Positions 27,299 through 36,926 of a DNA stretch of 64,000 nucleotides are shown here, in pieces (positions within the stretch are counted from its first letter, which is position 1; each line of letters begins with the position of its first letter). The notes under the pieces are model-generated. The model made no database searches. It worked only from the letters and a program-made list of their open reading frames with translations, and was not told where the DNA came from. The position numbers and the translations under genes were made by a program. Origin of the DNA: a virus (lineage: Duplodnaviria > Caudoviricetes); IMG/VR virus record IMGVR_UViG_2690315746_000005, positions 3,410 through 67,409 of that record. One strand, given 5' to 3'.

Positions 27299-28428
27299 GC
27301 CTCGGCCGCCGCGCCGATCGGGAACAGGTAGACCTCGCCCTTCTTGCCGACCGTGTAGGTGCAGGTTGGATCTTCGCTGCGGGCCTCGGCCGCGGCGGCG
27401 CGCACCGCGTCGTCGGCGTCGTCGTAGTGGCCGAAGGCGATCCACCGGCCGTCGGCCTGGACGTAGGCCCGCACCCCGCCCTCGCCGGCGGGGACACCGA
27501 ACCAACGGGTGTCCGCGCCCTCCCGGCACCGGTGCAGCACCAGGCCGGCCCGCTCGCAGGAGGTGAAGAAGCCTCCGAGCTTCGTCCAGCCGGTGAGACG
27601 CCGGATGTCGGAGTTGGTCAGCCCGTCCAGGTCGCGCACGGCGGCGATCAGGGCGGCGGACTTGCCCCGCGGCTCCTTCGGCGCCGGGCCGGCGGCCTCC
27701 TCGGCTTTGGTGCGGGGCTTCGCGCGGTCGCCCATCACGCGGTGACCGGGCTTGTGGCCCTTGGTGCGAAGCGTGTCGATGTACTCGCGCATGCCGGTGA
27801 CGACCCGCTCCTCCGCGTCGAGCGCGTTCCGACGGGCATCCGCTAACGCCTCGATGTGGGCGTGGAATCCCTCGCCGCGGATCACGCGCAACACGCAGTG
27901 GTCGTCGAACTGGCCGGGGCCGGCCTTGATGCCGATCGGGGCGGCGATGTCCATCCCGGTCAGGTAGACGAGGCCGAACGCATCGCCGTCCAGGACGCGG
28001 TAGAGCCCGGCGCCGGCGAGCACCGAAAGGCACGCCGCGAAGGTGTGCGCCGACATCCCGGCCAACCGCGCATTGTCGAGGTAGGCGGCCCCCCACCGGC
28101 GGCCCTGCGTGTCGATCTCTTCGCCGCCCTCGGTGCTGGCGAGGAGCGCGCGGTAGACCGCAGCGGTTCCGGCCGGGAGAGCGGCGATCGCCTCAGCCGC
28201 GGCCCGCGCCCGGCTCGCAGCCGCGAACGCAAGCAGTTCCTGGTCGCGATGCTCATGGATGTGGGCATCGAGCAGGGCGGGGCCCTCGACGGCGGCGATC
28301 GGCGCGACCGGGACGGCCTCGATCACGTACCAGGCGCCGTCGGTGTCCTGCGCAACGCGATCGGCATCAAGACCAAGACGGCGGGCGGCACGAACGGCGT
28401 TCTTCTTCATCGTGTAGGTGGTTATCAT
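27286..28428 (-). CDS. Multi-domain hypothetical protein on the opposite strand
   Basis: 380 aa, GGAGAG RBS, GC3-rich codons. Confidence 0.65.
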   Translation of the reverse strand: MITTYTMKKNAVRAARRLGLDADRVAQDTDGAWYVIEAVPVAPIAAVEGPALLDAHIHEHRDQELLAFAAASRARAAAEAIAALPAGTAAVYRALLASTEGGEEIDTQGRRWGAAYLDNARLAGMSAHTFAACLSVLAGAGLYRVLDGDAFGLVYLTGMDIAAPIGIKAGPGQFDDHCVLRVIRGEGFHAHIEALADARRNALDAEERVVTGMREYIDTLRTKGHKPGHRVMGDRAKPRTKAEEAAGPAPKEPRGKSAALIAAVRDLDGLTNSDIRRLTGWTKLGGFFTSCERAGLVLHRCREGADTRWFGVPAGEGGVRAYVQADGRWIAFGHYDDADDAVRAAAAEARSEDPTCTYTVGKKGEVYLFPIGAAAEAQAA

Positions 28429-28548
28429 CTTCGCTCTCCGGCGGCTAAACTCCGCTCCACATCAGGAGCGTCTTCGGTTTGCTCGCATATTCGAGCAAGA
28501 GCAACGCCGGGCGCGGAGAAAGATTTACTCTTTTACTCCGGGATAATC

Positions 28549-29046
28549 GTGGGCAAGCGTACCGCTCCGACACCACCGCCGCCGGCCGAACCGAAGCGGG
28601 GAGGGCGCAAGCCCTACGCGCCGACGCCGAAGGATCGATCGACCGTCACGGCCATGACGTCCTACGGCATCCCGCAGGACGACATCGCCCGGGTGCTCAA
28701 GATCAGCCCCACCACCCTGCGGCTGCACTTCCGCTACGAGCTCGACGTCGGCGCCACGCAGGCGAACGTCATGGTGGCGCAGTCACTGTTCCAGAAGGCG
28801 ACTGGCAGCCACCCGCAGGCGGTCACCGCCGCGATTTTCTGGCTCAAGACCCGGGCCCGCTGGAAGGAGCCGCCGCGCGAGGTCAGCGGCCCCAATGGTG
28901 GTCCGATCCCGACCGCCACCGTCGACCTGACCAAGGCCTCCCGCGAGCAGCTCGATGCGCTTGAATCCCTCTTCGGTCACCTTGCCGGCGAACCCGGCGG
29001 CGATGCTGAGGTTGATCCGGGCGGAGAAGGCGAAGCGGGAGCGTGA
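28549..29046 (+). CDS. terS: Terminase small subunit
   Basis: HTH GIPQDDIARVLKISPTTLRLHF, VTAAIFWLKTRARWKE, EVSGPNGGPI; precedes TerL. Confidence 0.85.
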   Translation: MGKRTAPTPPPPAEPKRGGRKPYAPTPKDRSTVTAMTSYGIPQDDIARVLKISPTTLRLHFRYELDVGATQANVMVAQSLFQKATGSHPQAVTAAIFWLKTRARWKEPPREVSGPNGGPIPTATVDLTKASREQLDALESLFGHLAGEPGGDAEVDPGGEGEAGA

Positions 29047-30493
29047 AGCCGAGGCCGAGCGGGTCGCCCGCGACGCCGAGAGGATCCGGGCCCGGTGCCA
29101 GACCCTCGCCGGCTTCGTCCGCGAGGCGTGGCACGTCTTGGAGCCGAACACGCCGCTCGTGTGGAACTGGCACCTCGACGCGATCTGCGCTCATCTCGAA
29201 GCGGTCTCTTACGGGCGGATCAACCGCCTGCTCATCAACGTTCCGCCGGGCTCGTCGAAGTCGCTCCTGACCTCGGTCCTGTGGCAGGCATGGGAGTGGG
29301 GACCGCTCGGGCGCCGCTCGCTCCGGTACCTGACCACCGCCTTCAACGACCAGCCGGTGACCCGCGATACCCGCAAGTGCCGCGACCTCATCCTGTCGGA
29401 TTGGTACCAGCAGCTCTGGCCCGAGGTACGGCTGGTCCGTGCGGGCGAAACCAGCTTCGCGAACAGCAGCACCGGCACCCGCGAGGGTGTTCCCTTCGGC
29501 TCGCTGACTTCGCAGCGCGGCGACCGGCTCATCATAGACGACCCGCACAGCGTCGAGACCGCCGAGAGCGCCGCCGACCGGGCGCGCACCACCCGCAAGT
29601 TCCGCGAGGGCGCGATCAACCGCCTCAACGATCAGGAGCGCAGCGCGATTGTGGTGGTGATGCAGCGCCTGCACGAGGACGACGTCTCGGGCACCATCAT
29701 TAAGCTCGGGATGGGCTTCACCCACCTGATGCTGCCGATGGAGTTCGAGGCGGATCGCGCCTGCCGCACGCCGCTCTTCGCCGACCCGCGGACCCAGGAC
29801 GGCGAATTGCTCGACCCCGTCCGCTTCCCGCCCTCGGCGGTCGAAGGGCTCCGGCTGATGGGCAGCTACGCCTATGCCGGGCAGTACCAGCAGCGGCCGG
29901 CGCCCCGCGAAGGTGGCCTGTTTCAGCGCCACTGGTTCGGCATCGTCCGGGCGGCGCCCGCCGGCTGTGAATGGGTGCGGGCCTGGGACTTGGCCGCCAG
30001 CGAGGCGAAGGCCGGCAAGACCTCGGGCCAGCCGGCCTATACCGCCGGCCTGCTGCTGGGCCGGTCGCGCGACGGGCAGCAGTTCTACGTCGCGGACGTG
30101 CGTCGCGATCGCGTCTCGGCCGGCAAGCTCGAGGAGATGCTGATCAACACGGCGCGCCAGGACGCCCAGGCGATCGGCGACGTGCGGATCTCGCTCCCGC
30201 AGGACCCGGGCGGCGCCGGCAAGTTCCAGGCCTCCTACCTCGTTGGGAAGCTGATCGGCTTCAACGCGCGGGCGACCCCGGAGACCGGCGACAAGGAGAC
30301 CCGGGCCCTTCCGGTCTCAGCCCAGGCCGAGGCCGGCAACATCACGCTCGTCAAGGGTGCGTGGAACGAGGCCTTCCTCGACGAGGTGTCGTCGTTCCCG
30401 AATGGCTCCTTCAAGGACCAGGTCGACGCCCTCTCGCGCGCCTTCCAGGAACTCGCCGGCCCGTCTTACGGCATGCTCGGGGTACTCGACTGA
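28955..30493 (+). CDS. terL: Terminase large subunit
   Basis: LLINVPPGSSKS, LIIDDPH, VVMQRLHEDD, YQQRP, RAWDLAAS, FPNGSFKDQVDA; start may be 29003. Confidence 0.95.
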   Translation: MRLNPSSVTLPANPAAMLRLIRAEKAKREREAEAERVARDAERIRARCQTLAGFVREAWHVLEPNTPLVWNWHLDAICAHLEAVSYGRINRLLINVPPGSSKSLLTSVLWQAWEWGPLGRRSLRYLTTAFNDQPVTRDTRKCRDLILSDWYQQLWPEVRLVRAGETSFANSSTGTREGVPFGSLTSQRGDRLIIDDPHSVETAESAADRARTTRKFREGAINRLNDQERSAIVVVMQRLHEDDVSGTIIKLGMGFTHLMLPMEFEADRACRTPLFADPRTQDGELLDPVRFPPSAVEGLRLMGSYAYAGQYQQRPAPREGGLFQRHWFGIVRAAPAGCEWVRAWDLAASEAKAGKTSGQPAYTAGLLLGRSRDGQQFYVADVRRDRVSAGKLEEMLINTARQDAQAIGDVRISLPQDPGGAGKFQASYLVGKLIGFNARATPETGDKETRALPVSAQAEAGNITLVKGAWNEAFLDEVSSFPNGSFKDQVDALSRAFQELAGPSYGMLGVLD

Positions 30494-33432
30494 TGTGGCT
30501 GGTGGATTCCTTTCGCAACCTCATGTCCGGCCTGGGGACGGCCAAGGACAAGACGGTCGCGGACCAGCACGTCTTCGTGCCGCGCTCGCTCGTCGAGTGC
30601 CGGGCTGCCTATCGGGGGAACTGGATCGCCCGCAAGGTCGTGGACATCGTGCCCTTCGACATGCTGCGCGAGTGGCGCGCCTGGCAGGCGACCCCCAAGG
30701 AGGTCGAGACGCTCGAGGCGGCCGAGAAGGCGCTGGGGGTGCAGGGCAAGCTCCTCGATGGGCTCAAGCGGGCCCGCCTCGAAGGCGGCGCGGCCATCCT
30801 GATCGGCGACGGCGGCGACGCGACCGCCGAACTGCTGCTGAACCGCCTCGCGCAGGGCGGCATCAAGTGGCTGCACGTCTTCGGGCGTGAGGAGATCGTC
30901 CCCGAGGAGCCGATCCTGGACCCGGATAGCCCGTGGTTCGGAGAGCCGAGGGCCTGGACGCTCAACAGCCGGCGCGATGGCGCCGTTCGCATCCATCCGT
31001 CGCGCGTCATCCGCCTCGTCGGCGCGCCGATCCTCGACACCGTGTCGGCGCAGGCCGAGCAGGGCTGGGGCGACAGCGTGCTGCAGGCGCTGTTCGCGGC
31101 GCTCGACCAGGCCACGAGCTCGCCGGCCTACCTCGCCGCGATGCTGCCGGAAGCCAAGCAGGACATCATCAGCGTGCCCGGCCTCTCGGGGTATCTCAAG
31201 ACCGCCGCGAGCACCGCGGAACTGACGAAGCGGTTCCAGTACGCCGCCCAGATGAAGAGCATGTTCGGGATGCTCCTCCTAGAGGGCGACGGGAAGTCGC
31301 CGACGGGGGAGACGTTCCAGCAGAAGCAATTGAGCTTTGACGGCCTCGCGGACGTCGTGAAGCTCATGCTCATGATCGCCTCCGCAGCGGCGGACATCCC
31401 GGCAACGCGCCTCCTCAGCCAGTCGCCGACGGGGATGAACGCGACCGGGGATTCGGACACGCGAAACTACTACGACCGCTGCGCCGCCGGGCAGAAGGTC
31501 GAGCTGACGCCGGCCATCGCCCGGCTCGACGAGGTGCTGATCTGGAACGCGCTCGGCCACCGGCCGGCCGCGGCCTGGTACGACTGGCGCCCCCTGTACC
31601 AGCCGACCCAGCGCGAGAAGGCCGACACTTTCAAGACCCTCGCCGACGGGGTGAAGGTGCTGGCCGACGCCGGCCTCGCGCCGCTCGAGGTCCTGGGCCG
31701 GGGCGCGAAGGGCATGGTGATCGAGACCGGCCTCTTCCCGGGGATCGAAGCCGCCTACACCAAGCACGGCAATGCGCCGCTGACCGATGTGCCCGTCGAT
31801 CAGGTCGACCAGTACGACCCTTACGGCAACCCCGCTGAGGGCTACACGGGCACCGACGGCGCCGGCAACGTCGTGCCCTTCCCGGGGCGGGCCGCCCTAG
31901 GCGACGCCACCCCGCGCACGCTCTACGTCTCGCGCAAGCTGAAGAACGGCGACGACGTGCTCGCCTGGGCGCGGGCCCAAGGGTTCGCCGACCTCATGCC
32001 GGCAGGCGAGCTACACGTCACGATCGCCTACAGCCGGACCCCGATCGACTGGATGAAGGTCGGGCAGACCTGGAACGGCGAGGAACTTAAGGTCTCGGCC
32101 GGCGGGCCGCGCCTAGTCGAGCGCTTCGGCGAGGCCGTCGTCCTGCTGTTCGCGAGCGACGAACTGCGCTGGCGGCATCAGGAGATCCGCGAGGCCGGCG
32201 CCTCGTGGGATCACCCCGAGTACCAGCCGCACGTCACGTTCACCTGGAACGCTGGCGACGTCGATCTGGCCGAGGTCGAGCCGTACAACGGACCGCTCCT
32301 GTTCGGGCCCGAGCTGTTCGAGCCGGTCGACGAGGATTGGCGGGCGGGGCTCGACGACGCCGCCAGGGTCGACCCGGACCAGGACGGCGACGACGACCTG
32401 TCCGACCCGCTCGACGAGGAGGACGAGGACGAGATCGCGGCCGTCACCGAGGACGAGCTCGTGGCCCTGTTCGGCGAGGAGTACCGGGCGGCGGCCGAGG
32501 AGGATCGGCGGATGCGGGATGCCTTCCCGGACCTAGTCGTCTTCCTCGACGCCCGGCGGCGGCCGCATCACGGCGGCGGTGCGTCGCGGCGCCCGTTCGA
32601 CGAAAGCCAGGTCCGCCGGGTCGGCGGCCGCTTCGCCCCGAAGGGCGGCGCGGGCGAACGCCCCGCGGCCCGCCCGCCGCGGCAGACCGTCGGCGCCCGG
32701 CATCTCGAGGAGCACAACGTCGGCGGCGAGCACGGCATCGTCGTGAACAGCGCTCGGGTCAGGAAGTACCGCGGCCATGCCACGGTCGAGTCGTTCGTCG
32801 CCGCGCACCCGAAAGGGCGGGCGCACGCGATGCGGGTCCTCGCCGCGGATCACAAGGCGGGGCGGATCGGGTTCGCAGGGACGCCGACGCCCGCCGTGGC
32901 GTCGGAGGCCCCTCCCGCGCGGGAGCAGGGGGCCAAGCCGGCGGCCCGCCAGCCAGCGGCGCAGAAGCGGGCCGCGCCCGAGGACCCGATCGCGGCCCTG
33001 GAGCGAGCGCTTGCCGCGCCGCCGCCCGCTGCGACCGCGACGCCTAAGCCCGCGGTCGTGCATAAGGCGGTTCAGCCCGTCGCACATGCGCCCCGGCCGG
33101 CAGCGGGGCATCACGAGGCCGCGCCGACACCGCGGGAAGATCGGGTTCTCGCCGCCGTCCGGGAGGCGACGCGAGAGTCAGGTTCGATGAGCCCTCTCGT
33201 CGGCTTGCAGAACGTGCGCAACCGCCTGCCCGACCTGTCGCGGGCCGAGATCGACGAGGCCTTCTCGCAGCTCCAGTCGAAGGGCCTCGTCAACATGATG
33301 GGGCTCGGCGACCCGAAGCACCCCGCGGTCCGCCGCGGCGAGGGAACCGACTTCGGTGGCGGGCGGCGAGACGAGATCGCGCTGACCATGGCCGGCACCG
33401 AGCACCTGCGCAGCAAGGCGAAGAAGGGGTGA
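30493..33432 (+). CDS. DUF1073-type portal fused to Acb1-like 2H phosphodiesterase and further C-terminal domains (979 aa)
   Basis: Portal: YRGNWIARKVVDIVPFDMLREW, IHPSRV, AADIPATRLLSQSPTGMNATGDSD..NYYD. 2H domain ~31906-32343: LHVTIAYSR and YQPHVTF. Confidence 0.9.
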   Translation: MWLVDSFRNLMSGLGTAKDKTVADQHVFVPRSLVECRAAYRGNWIARKVVDIVPFDMLREWRAWQATPKEVETLEAAEKALGVQGKLLDGLKRARLEGGAAILIGDGGDATAELLLNRLAQGGIKWLHVFGREEIVPEEPILDPDSPWFGEPRAWTLNSRRDGAVRIHPSRVIRLVGAPILDTVSAQAEQGWGDSVLQALFAALDQATSSPAYLAAMLPEAKQDIISVPGLSGYLKTAASTAELTKRFQYAAQMKSMFGMLLLEGDGKSPTGETFQQKQLSFDGLADVVKLMLMIASAAADIPATRLLSQSPTGMNATGDSDTRNYYDRCAAGQKVELTPAIARLDEVLIWNALGHRPAAAWYDWRPLYQPTQREKADTFKTLADGVKVLADAGLAPLEVLGRGAKGMVIETGLFPGIEAAYTKHGNAPLTDVPVDQVDQYDPYGNPAEGYTGTDGAGNVVPFPGRAALGDATPRTLYVSRKLKNGDDVLAWARAQGFADLMPAGELHVTIAYSRTPIDWMKVGQTWNGEELKVSAGGPRLVERFGEAVVLLFASDELRWRHQEIREAGASWDHPEYQPHVTFTWNAGDVDLAEVEPYNGPLLFGPELFEPVDEDWRAGLDDAARVDPDQDGDDDLSDPLDEEDEDEIAAVTEDELVALFGEEYRAAAEEDRRMRDAFPDLVVFLDARRRPHHGGGASRRPFDESQVRRVGGRFAPKGGAGERPAARPPRQTVGARHLEEHNVGGEHGIVVNSARVRKYRGHATVESFVAAHPKGRAHAMRVLAADHKAGRIGFAGTPTPAVASEAPPAREQGAKPAARQPAAQKRAAPEDPIAALERALAAPPPAATATPKPAVVHKAVQPVAHAPRPAAGHHEAAPTPREDRVLAAVREATRESGSMSPLVGLQNVRNRLPDLSRAEIDEAFSQLQSKGLVNMMGLGDPKHPAVRRGEGTDFGGGRRDEIALTMAGTEHLRSKAKKG

Positions 33433-33434
33433 CC

Positions 33435-33692
33435 ATGTCCGACCAGCATCACGGCCTGCCCGTGGCCGGCTACCGGCCGCAGAACGATGCCAACGTGGCG
33501 CTCGTGAACGAGCACAAGGCGATGGAGGAGCGCATCCTGCGCCACCTTGACCAGCTGCGCGGCACTGGCGTGGACGAACGCTGGCTGTCGATCGGCCGGA
33601 CCGCGATCGAGCAGGGCTTCATGGCCGTGAACCGGTCCGTGTTCCAGCCGGCGCGGGTGCCGCTGCCGGAGGATGGCGGGCCCGCCGTCTGA
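33435..33692 (+). CDS. acb2: Acb2-like cyclic-nucleotide sponge (anti-CBASS)
   Basis: GYRPQ...VNEHK..EE...[24 protein letters not shown] matches the remembered Acb2 pattern GYR..N..K...RWLAIGKT.IQ.G.MA..R.IAQP. Confidence 0.78.
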   Translation: MSDQHHGLPVAGYRPQNDANVALVNEHKAMEERILRHLDQLRGTGVDERWLSIGRTAIEQGFMAVNRSVFQPARVPLPEDGGPAV

Positions 33693-33742
33693 ACGCATCT
33701 TTCGATCCGAAGAGGCCCCACCCTCCCACGACAGGACGGACG

Positions 33743-34225
33743 ATGATCCGCAGCCCCCGCATCCTCGCGGGCGCCGCCGTGGCGCTCGTCCTCGTCGCCG
33801 GTGCCGCTGGCGCCAGGCAGTACCGGAACGCCGGCGGCCAGACCGAGTCGCTCGGCGTGGTCATCGAGACGAACGATCAGCCCGTCTCGAACACCAACCC
33901 GCTCGGCGTCATGACCATGCCGTTCATCCGCTCGACGCCGGACCCGATCATCTTCGACGGGGTCACGACCACTCCGAAGCAGTTCGTGGTCAGCAAGCCG
34001 CCGACCGCCACCACCTACCGATTCGTCAACCCCTGCGACGTGGACGTGCGGATTCGGCGGGTCGGCAGCATGGCCGAGACCGTCACGCTGACCACAGGCA
34101 TCCGCTACCTTGCCCGGACCTCCGAGGTGGTCGGGACCAGCAACCCGAGCTTCGTCTCGATCATGGCGGTGTCGCCGCCCTCAGCGCCGTGCGCGCCCGA
34201 GCTGCTGTATGGGAACGGGTCATGA
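33743..34225 (+). CDS. Signal-peptide hypothetical protein
   Basis: [24 protein letters not shown]; beta-rich mature part. Confidence 0.7.
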   Translation: MIRSPRILAGAAVALVLVAGAAGARQYRNAGGQTESLGVVIETNDQPVSNTNPLGVMTMPFIRSTPDPIIFDGVTTTPKQFVVSKPPTATTYRFVNPCDVDVRIRRVGSMAETVTLTTGIRYLARTSEVVGTSNPSFVSIMAVSPPSAPCAPELLYGNGS

Positions 34226-35124
34226 GGGCGGCGGCGCTCCTCGCCCTTGCCGCCGCGCTGGCGCCTGCGCCGCTCGCCGCCCGCGGTACGGGCAGCCCGG
34301 GCATGGGGCCGGCGGGGCCGGCCGGAGAGCAGGGGCCGGCGGGCCCGAAAGGCGAGCCCGGAGCGAAGGGGGAAAAGGGTGAGCAAGGATCGCGAGGCCC
34401 GGCCGGCGCGGCCGGCAACCAAGGCCATTCCGGCGCGGCCGGCTCCGCGGGTCCGCAAGGCGATGTCGGCCCTGCTGGTGCAGCTGGCCCGCCTGGACCC
34501 ACCGGCGCCGCAGGCGCACAGGGCAGCGCTGGACCTGCAGGCGCTACTGGACCCGCAGGAGCCCAAGGCGCCAAGGGCGAAACCGGCGCGACGGGCGCCC
34601 AAGGCCAAGCCGGCGCCACAGGACAAGCCGGCCCGCAAGGGCTGACCGGTCCGGCAGGAGCCACCGGGGCTCAGGGTTCGAAGGGGGAAACCGGTCCCGC
34701 CGGATCACCCGGGCCAACAGGCGCACAGGGTCCGGCGGGTTCACAGGGTCCGAAAGGCGAGACCGGGGCGACTGGCTCTGTTGGCGCCGCGGGACCGCAA
34801 GGCCCGCAGGGTCTCACCGGGGCGACCGGGGCGCAAGGCCCGACCGGACCGAGGGCCTCCACCTTCGTCTGCAACGCCACGATCACCGAGACCATGCTGG
34901 CGGCGGTCTCTTCCGGCATCCGCGAGCGGGCCGGCGTGACCTGCATGGGCCTGCTCTCCACCGATATCCTCGAGGTGTACCCGACCACCCTCCCGAGCGG
35001 CTACGCGGTCCACCACGCGATCCCGACCGCGGCGAACACCTTCCGGGCGACCATCTCGCAGCCCGGCATCGCCCTCGGCGCCACCTACTCGATCCCGGTC
35101 GCGGTCTACGCCGTCAACCGCTGA
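34222..35124 (+). CDS. Signal-peptide collagen-like protein
   Basis: [20 protein letters not shown], about 61 uninterrupted Gly-X-Y triplets (34306-34854), about 90 aa C-terminal beta domain. Confidence 0.85.
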   Translation: MRAAALLALAAALAPAPLAARGTGSPGMGPAGPAGEQGPAGPKGEPGAKGEKGEQGSRGPAGAAGNQGHSGAAGSAGPQGDVGPAGAAGPPGPTGAAGAQGSAGPAGATGPAGAQGAKGETGATGAQGQAGATGQAGPQGLTGPAGATGAQGSKGETGPAGSPGPTGAQGPAGSQGPKGETGATGSVGAAGPQGPQGLTGATGAQGPTGPRASTFVCNATITETMLAAVSSGIRERAGVTCMGLLSTDILEVYPTTLPSGYAVHHAIPTAANTFRATISQPGIALGATYSIPVAVYAVNR

Positions 35125-35131
35125 GGCCAGC

Positions 35132-36355
35132 ATGAACTTCTTCGACAGGATGAGCCTCGGCCAGGCGGCCGAGATCGCGAACGCGCGCGAGACGCGCAGC
35201 GGCGCGCTGATCGTCAACGCCCGAGCCGCCCGCGGCGGCAACATCCAGGATTACCTCGGCGCCGAGATCGGCCGCCCCGAGCTCGGCCTCGTGCGGGTCT
35301 ACCGCGACACCGACGAGGTCTTCCGCGCCGATTCCCTGCGGACCTTCGGGCACAAGGCCGTCACCCTCGACCACCCGACTGCGCCGGTCACGCCCGGCAC
35401 CTGGCGTGGGGTCGCCCGCGGCCACGTCGGCGAGGAGGTCGTGCGCGACGGCGAGTTCGTGCGGATCCCGATGCTGATCGCCGACCAAGAGGCCATCAGC
35501 GCGGTCCGTGCCGGCCGGCGCGAGCTCTCCGTCGGCTACACCTGCGACCTCGACTTCACCCCCGGCACCACCGCGGACGGGCGCGCCTACGACGCCCGCC
35601 AGGTCGGCATCGTCGTCGACCACGTCGCCATCGTGGCGCGCGGCCGCGCCGGCCCCGACTGCCGCATCGGCGACGAGCGCCCCGCCGACGGCAAGACCAT
35701 GCGGGCGCTCGACCAGCTCACCCCGCCCCAGCCCCAGCAGAGGACCACCACCCCCATGACCGACCGCACCATCGTGGTCGACGGCCACTCCGTCGTCGTC
35801 AGCGACGCCGCCGCAATCGCCATTGGCGGTCTGCAGCGGCAGAACCAGACCCTCGTCGCCGACAACCTGCAGCTGACCGCCGACCTCAACACGGCCCGCT
35901 CCGGCCACAGCGCGGCGATCACCGCCAAGGACGCCGAGATCGCCACCGCCCAGCGGACCATCGAGGCCCGGGACGGCGAGATCGTCGCGCTCAAGAAGCA
36001 GCTCACCGACGCCGCCTCGCCGGCCGTCCTCGACGCCGCCCGGGCCGCCCGCGACACCGTGATGAAGGTCGCGCACCGCCTCCTCGGCGACTCCTACGAC
36101 GCCGCCGGCAAGACCGACGCGCAGGTCCGCCGCGAGGTGGTCGCGAAGGCGATGCCGGAGGAGGCGAAGACCATGTCGGACGCCGCGATCGACGGCGCCT
36201 TCCTGGCCGTCGCCGCCGCCGCGCCCCGCGACCAGCTGCGCGACGCGATCTCGGGCGGCATCGTCCCGGCCGGCGGCACCTCCGTGCAGGACAAGGCCTA
36301 CGGCGAGATGACGAACTCCTACACCGAGGCCTGGAAGCAGCGCCCGGCGGCCTGA
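35132..36355 (+). CDS. DUF2213 prohead protease/scaffold
   Basis: AARGGNIQDY, VTLDHP, RELSVGYTCD, DHVAIV.RGRAG..CRIGD; coiled-coil C-terminal half. Confidence 0.88.
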   Translation: MNFFDRMSLGQAAEIANARETRSGALIVNARAARGGNIQDYLGAEIGRPELGLVRVYRDTDEVFRADSLRTFGHKAVTLDHPTAPVTPGTWRGVARGHVGEEVVRDGEFVRIPMLIADQEAISAVRAGRRELSVGYTCDLDFTPGTTADGRAYDARQVGIVVDHVAIVARGRAGPDCRIGDERPADGKTMRALDQLTPPQPQQRTTTPMTDRTIVVDGHSVVVSDAAAIAIGGLQRQNQTLVADNLQLTADLNTARSGHSAAITAKDAEIATAQRTIEARDGEIVALKKQLTDAASPAVLDAARAARDTVMKVAHRLLGDSYDAAGKTDAQVRREVVAKAMPEEAKTMSDAAIDGAFLAVAAAAPRDQLRDAISGGIVPAGGTSVQDKAYGEMTNSYTEAWKQRPAA

Positions 36356-36425
36356 CCGAGGCCACTCCATCGCGCCCCGCCTCGGGGCGTCCTCACCCGC
36401 CACAGATCCAAGGGAGCCGGCCCTC

Positions 36426-36872
36426 ATGCCGTCCGTTCAGACCTCCTACCCGGGCACCCAGGCCGCCGCCTACGCCGGCATGCAGGCCTCGATGTCGCCC
36501 GTCGACACCATCTCGCGCGTCATCGAAACCGCCGGCGGCATCGCCCCGGGCGCGCCCGCCTTCCAGGGCAGCACCGACCAGGCCTGCGCCACGACCGGCG
36601 CGGCGTTCCTCGGCGTCGTGCTCGTCGACCACTTCGCCCGCCCGACCGCCGCCGGCTCGGACAACATCCTGAAGGGCGACACCGTGACCATCATGCAGAA
36701 GGGCACCGTCTGGGTGACGGTCTCGGGCGCCGTGACCGCCGAGGCGCCGGCCTACCGGACCGCCGGCGGCGCCTACACGGCCACCGCCACGAACAACACC
36801 CCCGTCGGCGGTGTGTTCGAGACCTCGGCCTCCGACGGCGGCCTGGCGATCCTCAAGCTCAACCTGCCCTGA
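36426..36872 (+). CDS. Head decoration/cement protein
   Basis: Between scaffold and capsid; IMQKGTVWV motif. Confidence 0.75.
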   Translation: MPSVQTSYPGTQAAAYAGMQASMSPVDTISRVIETAGGIAPGAPAFQGSTDQACATTGAAFLGVVLVDHFARPTAAGSDNILKGDTVTIMQKGTVWVTVSGAVTAEAPAYRTAGGAYTATATNNTPVGGVFETSASDGGLAILKLNLP

Positions 36873-36926
36873 TCCGGTCCGCCGGATCGCCCCCTCACCG
36901 ACAGCAGACGAAGGAACCCCCTGACC

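Noticed and set aside
29971-30492. 1153-aa version of the portal ORF
   Set aside because: The upstream part overlaps terL out of frame; the real start is the ATG at 30493 coupled to the terL stop
34306-34854. Repetitive DNA as a possible CRISPR or tandem array
   Set aside because: Explained by collagen Gly-X-Y coding; no identical repeats with unique spacers
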